Position numbers and translations under genes: made by a program. Of a stretch of DNA of 64,000 nt, positions 28,708 through 35,072 are shown piece after piece. The stretch spans positions 8,287-72,286 of the forward strand of contig JUEF01000135.1 in NCBI GenBank assembly GCA_000802045.1. The letters run 5' to 3'. The notes beneath the pieces are model-generated. The model saw nothing but the letters and a program-made list of their open reading frames with translations. It was not told the DNA's origin and did no database searches. The stretch comes from Peptococcaceae bacterium BICA1-8. Its GTDB lineage: Bacteria > Bacillota > Peptococcia > Peptococcales > BICA1-8. Position 1 is the stretch's first letter; each line of letters starts with the position of its first letter.

Positions 28708-28872
28708 AAAGCTAGTGTCAGACGCAATAAATTGTCCCCATAGTACTGTCAGACCTTACAGCTTAACCCATGAGTAATTGTCAGACGCCCAAGCTAGACC
28801 CTTGAGTATTGTCCGACCCTAAAACTTAACCTATAAGTAGATGTCAGAAACGCAAAAGCTAGACCCCTAAGT
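28708..28872 (-). repeat. Array of five ~31-bp GTCTGACA units in inverted orientation
   Basis: TGTCAGAC-type cores at 28716, 28747, 28779, 28810 (TGTCCGAC) and 28842. 28708-28755 is 46/48 identical to the reverse complement of 25527-25574. Confidence 0.9.
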
Positions 28873-28885
28873 AGAAAGGAAGTGT

Positions 28886-29734
28886 TTGAGAGTGAATTTT
28901 GTAAAAATGCATGGAGCAGGAAATGATTTTATTTTAATTAATTTATTAGAGGGAAATTCGCCGTTAGATTATTCCTTACTGGCTCCTAAGCTTTGCGACC
29001 GGAATTTTGGAATTGGTGCTGATGGACTTTTGTTCATTATGCCTTCCGAGACCGCTGATATTAAAATGAGGATTATTAATTCCGATGGTAGTGAAGCTGA
29101 AATGTGTGGTAATGGTATTAGATGTTTTGCAAAATTTGTTTATGAAGAGGGAATAATTAATAAAAATATAATAGAAGTAGAAACCCTAGCGGGTAAAATC
29201 ATCCCGGAAATTATTTTAAATAATAACAAAGTAGCTTCTGTCCGAGTTGATATGGGTGAGCCTAAGCTAGAAAGAAGCCAAATTCCAATGTTTGGAGAAG
29301 AGGGACGGGTAATTAAGGAGAAGTTAGTGATTGCTGAGAAAGAATTTGAAGTCACTGCTGTTAGTATGGGTAATCCCCATTGCGTTATTTTTGTACCTAA
29401 TATAAAAGAGATAGAAATAGAAAAATGGGGTCCTTTAATTGAAAAGCATCCAGTTTTCCCCCGAAAAACAAATGTAGAATTTGTCCAAGTTATTACCCCC
29501 TCTGAGGTTGTTATGCGAGTATGGGAAAGGGGTGCAGGCATAACTTTAGCCTGTGGTACAGGAGCGTGTGCAACCTTAACTGCGGGTGTTCTAAATAATT
29601 ATATTAATAGGAAGGCTTCTATAAAATTACTTGGTGGTGAATTAACTGTTGAATGGGAAGAAAATAATCACCTCTATATGACAGGTCCGGCGATTGAAGT
29701 ATTTCGCGGGGTAATTAGTATAGGTAGTCTATAG
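28886..29734 (+). CDS. dapF: Diaminopimelate epimerase
   Basis: FVKMHGAGNDF N-terminus and catalytic Cys motifs (MCGNGIRC, ACGTGACA). Start is TTG 28886 or GTG 28892. Confidence 0.9.
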   Translation: MRVNFVKMHGAGNDFILINLLEGNSPLDYSLLAPKLCDRNFGIGADGLLFIMPSETADIKMRIINSDGSEAEMCGNGIRCFAKFVYEEGIINKNIIEVETLAGKIIPEIILNNNKVASVRVDMGEPKLERSQIPMFGEEGRVIKEKLVIAEKEFEVTAVSMGNPHCVIFVPNIKEIEIEKWGPLIEKHPVFPRKTNVEFVQVITPSEVVMRVWERGAGITLACGTGACATLTAGVLNNYINRKASIKLLGGELTVEWEENNHLYMTGPAIEVFRGVISIGSL

Positions 29735-29773
29735 TCGATAGTCCATAATCGATAATTATAGCGAAAATTAGCT

Positions 29774-29799
29774 AAAAAACGCCGCTTTGGCGTTTTTTT
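29774..29799 (+). terminator. Intrinsic terminator after dapF
   Basis: AACGCC-GCTTT-GGCGTT followed by T7. Confidence 0.85.
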
Positions 29800-29902
29800 A
29801 TGCAGGAAATATTTTTTTAAAAGAGAATTGTTTCCATTATGCTTGATTTACTAGGTTTTGGTTAATTATAGTATATATATTTAATTTTAGGAGGAATAAA
29901 AT

Positions 29903-30778
29903 ATGCGCAGTATGACAGGTTATGGGCGTGGGGAAGCTGAGAACTTCGCTAAAAAGTTTATAGTAGAAATAAAATCAATTAATCATAGATATTCAGAAAT
30001 TATTGCTAAGCAGCCCAGACAGTATATGTTATTAGAGGATAATATCAGACGGTTGGTACAAAAATATATTCAGCGGGGTAGGGTAGAAATTTATTTTAAA
30101 GTAGAAGAAACAGGAGCAAAAAAACCAGAGATTAAAGTTGACAAAGACAATGCCATAGCTTATTATAAGTCTTTGAAGGATTTGGCTAGTTATCTTGAAA
30201 TTCCCCCAAATATCAATATTCACCAGTTAGTGGCTTTACCTGAAGTCATAAAATTAGAAGAGCTAGAAGAGGATTTGGCTGATATTTGGACAGTAATGGA
30301 GACAGCACTCACCAAAGCTCTCAATCAACTCATTGAAATGCGGCAAACAGAAGGGGAAGCCTTAAAAAATGATCTCAAACAGCGGATTCTTCTTTTAAAA
30401 AAATTTAGTGAGCAAATAAGTGCCCGAGGTCCGGTGGTAATAGAGGAGTATCGAGAAAAATTAAAGGTAAGGATTAAAGAATTATTGGATGAGACCCAGT
30501 ATGACGAAAATAGATTAACACAAGAAATTGTCTATATTGCTGAAAAATGCAGCATTACTGAAGAATTAGTTCGCCTAGAAAGCCATTATAAACAATTTAT
30601 AGATTCCTTAGGTTCAAGTGAAAGTGTTGGACGCAAGCTGGATTTTCTCGTTCAGGAATTGAATAGGGAAACTAATACAATAGGTTCTAAGTCCAACGAT
30701 TTAGAAATTTCTCAGATTGTTGTGGATATGAAGAGTGAAATAGAGAAAATTAGAGAACAGGTACAGAATATAGAATGA
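29903..30778 (+). CDS. yicC: YicC/YloC family endoribonuclease
   Basis: MRSMTGYGRG N-terminus and C-terminal DUF1732-type motif LVQELNRETNTIGSK. Confidence 0.85.
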   Translation: MRSMTGYGRGEAENFAKKFIVEIKSINHRYSEIIAKQPRQYMLLEDNIRRLVQKYIQRGRVEIYFKVEETGAKKPEIKVDKDNAIAYYKSLKDLASYLEIPPNINIHQLVALPEVIKLEELEEDLADIWTVMETALTKALNQLIEMRQTEGEALKNDLKQRILLLKKFSEQISARGPVVIEEYREKLKVRIKELLDETQYDENRLTQEIVYIAEKCSITEELVRLESHYKQFIDSLGSSESVGRKLDFLVQELNRETNTIGSKSNDLEISQIVVDMKSEIEKIREQVQNIE

Positions 30779-30888
30779 AATAGTGTGACGGCTATGTGGC
30801 TTACTGAATGACAGTGTGTAAGCTTAAGGGATATACAAATTGTCAGTGCTACAGTGCTACAGAAATTTAGTTGGTTTGTTTATTCTCC

Positions 30889-30916
30889 TAGTCACTAGTC
30901 ACTAGTCACCAGTAAC
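30889..30916 (+). repeat. Heptamer tandem TAGTCAC x3 plus a degenerate fourth unit, 18 nt upstream of the remA start
   Basis: TAGTCACTAGTCACTAGTCACCAGTAAC. An octamer pair AGTGCTAC x2 lies at 30845-30860. Confidence 0.9.
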
Positions 30917-30933
30917 TATATAAGGAGGGCAAA

Positions 30934-31209
30934 ATGGGTATTAAATTGATAAATATTGGATTTGGAAATATTGTTTCCGCCAACAGAATTGTAGCAATTG
31001 TCAGTCCTGAGTCTGCTCCTATAAAAAGAATAATTCAGGAAGCCCGGGATAGGGGTATGTTAGTAGATGCAACATATGGCCGAAGGACTAGGGCTGTAGT
31101 TATTACTGACAGTGACCATGTTATACTTTCCGCAGTCCAACCAGAAACTGTTGCCCATCGGTTGGCAGCTAAGGATGCTCCGGTACATAATGAAGAGCAG
31201 GAAGATTAA
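30934..31209 (+). CDS. remA: RemA/YlzA (DUF370) regulator
   Basis: [32 protein letters not shown] is the highly conserved RemA N-terminus. Confidence 0.85.
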   Translation: MGIKLINIGFGNIVSANRIVAIVSPESAPIKRIIQEARDRGMLVDATYGRRTRAVVITDSDHVILSAVQPETVAHRLAAKDAPVHNEEQED

Positions 31210-31223
31210 AGGAGTTGTTGGAT

Positions 31224-31817
31224 ATGACAAATAGGGAAGGGTTATTATTAGTATTATCTGGTCCTTCCGGTGCGGGAAAAGGTACTATTTGTAAAAGCTT
31301 ATTGAGAGAAGCTGATATTCAATATTCAATTTCAGCTACTACACGGGGCCCTAGAACTGGTGAAAAGGATGGAAGGGAGTATTTTTTTCTCACTAAAGAT
31401 GATTTTGAAAATAAAATAAAAGAGAATGCTTTTTTAGAATGGGCTAAGGTTTATGACAACTACTATGGAACACCAAAAAAATTTGTTGAAGATATGCTTT
31501 TAAATGGTAAAGACTGTATTTTAGAAATCGATCCTCAAGGAGCACATAAAGTTAGAGCAAACAAGCCGGATGGAGTAATGGTTTTTATTGCACCTCCTTC
31601 ATTGCATGAATTGAAAAATCGCATTACAAATAGGGGAACAGAAAATATTTTAGAAATTCAAAAAAGGTTAAGCTGTGCAAAAGAAGAAATGTTATGTATG
31701 CATAATTATGACTATGTTGTAATAAATGATCAAGTAGAGGTGGCAGTAGAAAAAATTAAGGCCATACTTGTTGCAGAAAAATGCAGGATCCAAAGGAACA
31801 AATCTTGCTACTTATAG
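31224..31817 (+). CDS. gmk: Guanylate kinase
   Basis: P-loop SGPSGAGKGT. ATG at 31224 lies 9 nt after AAAGGAG; the ORF track starts at 31215. Confidence 0.9.
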   Translation: MTNREGLLLVLSGPSGAGKGTICKSLLREADIQYSISATTRGPRTGEKDGREYFFLTKDDFENKIKENAFLEWAKVYDNYYGTPKKFVEDMLLNGKDCILEIDPQGAHKVRANKPDGVMVFIAPPSLHELKNRITNRGTENILEIQKRLSCAKEEMLCMHNYDYVVINDQVEVAVEKIKAILVAEKCRIQRNKSCYL

Positions 31818-31828
31818 GAGGAATTATT

Positions 31829-32035
31829 ATGATTAGGCCTTCAATAGATGTTTTGGTTACCAAGGCTGATAGTAAATATTCACTGGTTGTTGCAACTGCC
31901 AAAAGGGCAAGAAGTATTGTAGAGGGTGCGCCTATAATGGTAACTACCGATTCTACTAAACCCGTTACTTGTGCATTATTTGAAATTGCAGCAGGTAAAA
32001 TAACATACGAAAGAACTAAAACCGGAATCAAATAA
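31829..32035 (+). CDS. rpoZ: DNA-directed RNA polymerase subunit omega
   Basis: MIRPSIDVLV..KYSLVVATAKRAR motif. ATG preceded by a TAGGAGG RBS; the listed longer ORF overlaps the gmk end. Confidence 0.85.
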   Translation: MIRPSIDVLVTKADSKYSLVVATAKRARSIVEGAPIMVTTDSTKPVTCALFEIAAGKITYERTKTGIK

Positions 32036-32086
32036 GTCTATTAGTGGGCGAGACTTTTGGGGAATCGATGGAGGGCAGTTTTATGG

Positions 32087-32240
32087 GATGCATCTACTCA
32101 TAGGCTTTACTGCAAGATGCATCAGATGAATGCCAATTTTTTTGATGCATCCTTTAAGTTAGACCGCAGAGCAGATGCCTCAATAGGATTTTACATGCAT
32201 AGGATGCATCCCAAAATGTATGCCAAAATAGGATTCTAGG
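32087..32240 (+). repeat. ~29-bp periodic array with GATGCATC palindromic core
   Basis: Cores at 32087, 32116, 32144, 32174 (GATGCCTC) and 32203. Preceded by TATTAGTGGGCGAG at 32038-32051. Confidence 0.85.
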
Positions 32241-32284
32241 TTGATTGAAATATTGACCAGTAACTATGATTGGGGTTTTTCCTA

Positions 32285-33478
32285 ATGTTAAGAAATAAAA
32301 CCATTGTTGTTGGTGTAACAGGAGGGATTGCAGCCTATAAAACTGCTGAAATAGTAAGTAGGCTAAAAAAGTTAGGTGCTGATGTTTATTGTATAATGAC
32401 AAAAGGTGCACAGGCTTTTCTTACGCCCCTTACTTTAAGTACTTTGTCAGGTAATCCTGTAATAACTGATATGTTTCAGAAACCTGAAAAATGGAATGTA
32501 GAACACATAGCACTTGCTGATAAGGCAGATTTCTTTTTGATAGCACCAGCGACCGCCAATGTTGTTGGTAAGGTTTCCTCTGGAATTGCAGATGATTTTT
32601 TAACAACAACCATAATGGCAACAAAAGCTAAAGTTATTTTTGCTCCGGCTATGAATGTGAATATGTATAATAATCCTATTTTCCAGGAAAATATGACTAA
32701 ACTGAAAAATCTAGGTTATTATTTTATTGAACCTCAGGAAGGCAATTTAGCTTGTGGCTACAGTGGAAAAGGAAAAATGGCTGAGCCAGAATCTATTATG
32801 AATTATTTATTGGATTTTTTGAAAAAGGACTTGGAAGGAAAAAATATTTTGATTACTGCAGGACCTACTAGAGAGCCAATTGACCCAGTCCGTTATTTGA
32901 CAAATAGAAGCAGCGGCAAAATGGGTTATGCTCTGGCTAGGTGTGCATATAGTAGAGGAGCCCAAGTCACTTTAATATCAGGACCTACTAACTTGGACAG
33001 GCCTCAGGGTGTAGTTTTTATTCCTGTTGAGTCTGCAGAAGAAATGTTTGTAGAAGTAAACAAGCATTATCTAGAACAGGATATAATTATTAAGGCTGCT
33101 GCTGTGGCTGATTATCGTCCCCAAAGCTACAATGGACAGAAAGTAAAGAAGCTAAATAATGATTTGCAATTACAGCTAGAGAGAACTACAGATATTCTAA
33201 GCTTTCTGGGAGAAAACAAAGGAAATAAGGTTTTGGTTGGATTTGCAGCAGAAACTAATGATATAAAAGAAAATGCTCAGAAAAAACTAATAAAAAAGAA
33301 TTTGGACTTCATCGTAGCTAATGATGTTACCGCAAAGGATGCTGGTTTTAATTATGATACCAATAAAGTGACCTTGTACTATAGAGATGGTAATCAACAG
33401 GACTTGCCTCTTTTAAGTAAAGATGAAGTTGCCAATTATATTCTTAATGAAGTAAGCAAGCTATTAAAAAAGGAGTGA
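32285..33478 (+). CDS. coaBC: Bifunctional phosphopantothenoylcysteine decarboxylase / synthetase
   Basis: [15 protein letters not shown] flavoprotein motif and a C-terminal CoaB domain. Start at the ATG at 32285 (MLRNK). Confidence 0.9.
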   Translation: MLRNKTIVVGVTGGIAAYKTAEIVSRLKKLGADVYCIMTKGAQAFLTPLTLSTLSGNPVITDMFQKPEKWNVEHIALADKADFFLIAPATANVVGKVSSGIADDFLTTTIMATKAKVIFAPAMNVNMYNNPIFQENMTKLKNLGYYFIEPQEGNLACGYSGKGKMAEPESIMNYLLDFLKKDLEGKNILITAGPTREPIDPVRYLTNRSSGKMGYALARCAYSRGAQVTLISGPTNLDRPQGVVFIPVESAEEMFVEVNKHYLEQDIIIKAAAVADYRPQSYNGQKVKKLNNDLQLQLERTTDILSFLGENKGNKVLVGFAAETNDIKENAQKKLIKKNLDFIVANDVTAKDAGFNYDTNKVTLYYRDGNQQDLPLLSKDEVANYILNEVSKLLKKE

Positions 33479-33483
33479 TTGTT

Positions 33484-34671
33484 TTGCGCAAATTTTTTAC
33501 TTCCGAATCGGTAACAGAGGGTCATCCTGATAAAATATGTGACCAGATTTCCGATGCTGTTTTGGACGCGATTTTCCAATGTGACCCTCAGGCTAGGGTT
33601 GCATGCGAAACTGCGGTAACTACCGGTTTGGTTTTAGTTATGGGTGAAATTACTACATCCTGTTATGTAGATATCCCAAAAATTGTTAGAGAAACACTTA
33701 GGGATATTGGCTATACTCGAGCTAAGTATGGTTTTGATTCTGACACTTGTGCTGTAATAACTTCCATTGATGAGCAATCTTCTGATATTGCTCTAGGTGT
33801 TGATAAGGCACTTGAAGCTAAAACAGGAGAAATGCTTGACGACCTCATTGAGGCAATTGGGGCAGGAGATCAAGGAATGATGTTTGGTTATGCTTCCAAT
33901 GAAACACCTGAGTATATGCCCTTACCAATATCCTTAGCACATAAGCTTACTAAAAAGCTCAGTGATGTTAGAAAGAATAATGAATTAGATTATTTATTAC
34001 CTGATGGCAAATCCCAGGTTACTGTTGAATATGAGGGGGATAATCCATTAAGGGTTGATACTGTTGTTATTTCTACACAGCATAGTTCAGCGGTAGATCT
34101 TGAGACAATAAGAAAAGATGTGATTGAGAAAGTAATAAAGCCTGTCATATCTGCTGAATTAATTGATGATAAAACCCGATATTTAATAAATCCTACCGGC
34201 CGTTTTGTCATTGGTGGTCCCCAAGGTGATTCTGGCTTAACTGGAAGGAAAATTATCGTAGATACATATGGTGGTATGGCTCGTCATGGTGGCGGAGCGT
34301 TTTCTGGTAAAGACCCCACTAAGGTTGACAGATCTGCTGCTTATGCTGCAAGATATGTGGCCAAAAATGTAGTAGCTGCTGGTTTAGCCGACCGCTGTGA
34401 AATTCAACTTGCTTATGCAATTGGTGTTGCTCACCCTGTGTCAGTTTTAGTTGAGACCTTTGGAACAAACAAGGTCGCTGAAGAGAAAATCTCCCACGCT
34501 ATTAATAAAGTATTCGACCTGCGGCCTGCAGCAATTATTAAAGATTTAGATTTGAGAAAGCCTATCTATAGGCAGATTGCAGCATATGGGCATTTTGGTC
34601 GACCCGATCTTGATTTACCCTGGGAGCGGCTAGACAGAGTTGAACAATTGAAAAAAGAAGTAGGTATGTAA
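33484..34671 (+). CDS. metK: S-adenosylmethionine synthetase
   Basis: [20 protein letters not shown] and [16 protein letters not shown] motifs. TTG at 33484 lies 8 nt after AGGAG; the ORF track starts at 33475. Confidence 0.92.
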   Translation: MRKFFTSESVTEGHPDKICDQISDAVLDAIFQCDPQARVACETAVTTGLVLVMGEITTSCYVDIPKIVRETLRDIGYTRAKYGFDSDTCAVITSIDEQSSDIALGVDKALEAKTGEMLDDLIEAIGAGDQGMMFGYASNETPEYMPLPISLAHKLTKKLSDVRKNNELDYLLPDGKSQVTVEYEGDNPLRVDTVVISTQHSSAVDLETIRKDVIEKVIKPVISAELIDDKTRYLINPTGRFVIGGPQGDSGLTGRKIIVDTYGGMARHGGGAFSGKDPTKVDRSAAYAARYVAKNVVAAGLADRCEIQLAYAIGVAHPVSVLVETFGTNKVAEEKISHAINKVFDLRPAAIIKDLDLRKPIYRQIAAYGHFGRPDLDLPWERLDRVEQLKKEVGM

Positions 34672-34673
34672 TA

Positions 34674-34701
34674 AAAAGTTGGGCGCTGCCCAACTTTTTT
34701 A
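34674..34701 (+). terminator. Intrinsic terminator after metK
   Basis: AGTTGGGC-GCT-GCCCAACT followed by T6. Confidence 0.9.
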
Positions 34702-34708
34702 TTAACTA

Positions 34709-34966
34709 TATTAAACCACGGGCCCCAATGGGGCACACGGATAAATGTCCTGTTCTATCAGGTATTCTTTGTAGGGGCGCGCATTGCGCGTCCGACTTCA
34801 CTTCTTAGTCCATAATATGCTAAAATACAATTAACAAAAAATATCACCATGGACCATTCGCCAAACTAACATGACACAAAACGTCATCAACAGAATATGA
34901 ATATAGTTTAATCCCTAAATAATTAATCTGCGTTAACCGTGTGCCCTGTAGGGGCCCGTGGTTTGA
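34709..34966. mobile_element. Second MITE/BIME-like element (258 bp) with the same inverted ends as 8620-8810 and a nested GTAGGGGCGCGCATTGCGCG hairpin
   Basis: Left end is ATTAAACCACGGGCCCCAATGGGGCACACGGATA. The reverse complement of the right end is ATCAAACCACGGGCCCCTACAGGGCACACGGTTA. The interior is unrelated to the 8.6-kb copy. Confidence 0.6.
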
Positions 34967-34979
34967 TAAAATGCTTTTT

Positions 34980-35048
34980 CTGGGCACTGGACACTGAGGA
35001 CTGGTCACGAACCCCGAAAATTTCTACGGACTCGCCCACTCGCCCACT
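34980..35048 (+). repeat. CTGGGCACTG...CACGAACCCCGAAAA cassette plus octamer pair CGCCCACT x2, ending 25 nt before the priA start
   Basis: CTGGGCACTGGACACTGAGGACTGGTCACGAACCCCGAAAATTTCTACGGACTCGCCCACTCGCCCACT. Confidence 0.85.
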
Positions 35049-35072
35049 AAATAGACGTAGGAGGAAAAAGTT

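Noticed and set aside
25437-28872. Possible CRISPR arrays, given the regular ~31-bp periodic repeats.
   Set aside because: The conserved core is only 8-10 bp. The 'spacers' are themselves semi-conserved between units. The arrays occur in both orientations, and no cas genes or leader are present. These are tandem or periodic repeats, not CRISPR.
32057-32411. ORFs 32057-32239 (+) and 32154-32411 (-) between rpoZ and coaBC.
   Set aside because: They are composed of the GATGCATC periodic array (repetitive MH/DAS peptides), overlap each other and the coaBC start, and have no RBS.
33440-33490. Expected SAM (S-box) riboswitch upstream of metK.
   Set aside because: There is no intergenic space. The metK start lies within 10 nt of the coaBC stop, so no leader RNA can be present here.
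34980-35000. CTGGGCACTGG... looked like a sigma-54 -24/-12 promoter (TGGCAC-N5-TTGC).
   Set aside because: The element reads TGGGCAC, with an extra G, and none of the copies has a GC dinucleotide at the required GG-N10-GC spacing. No TTGC(A/T) follows.
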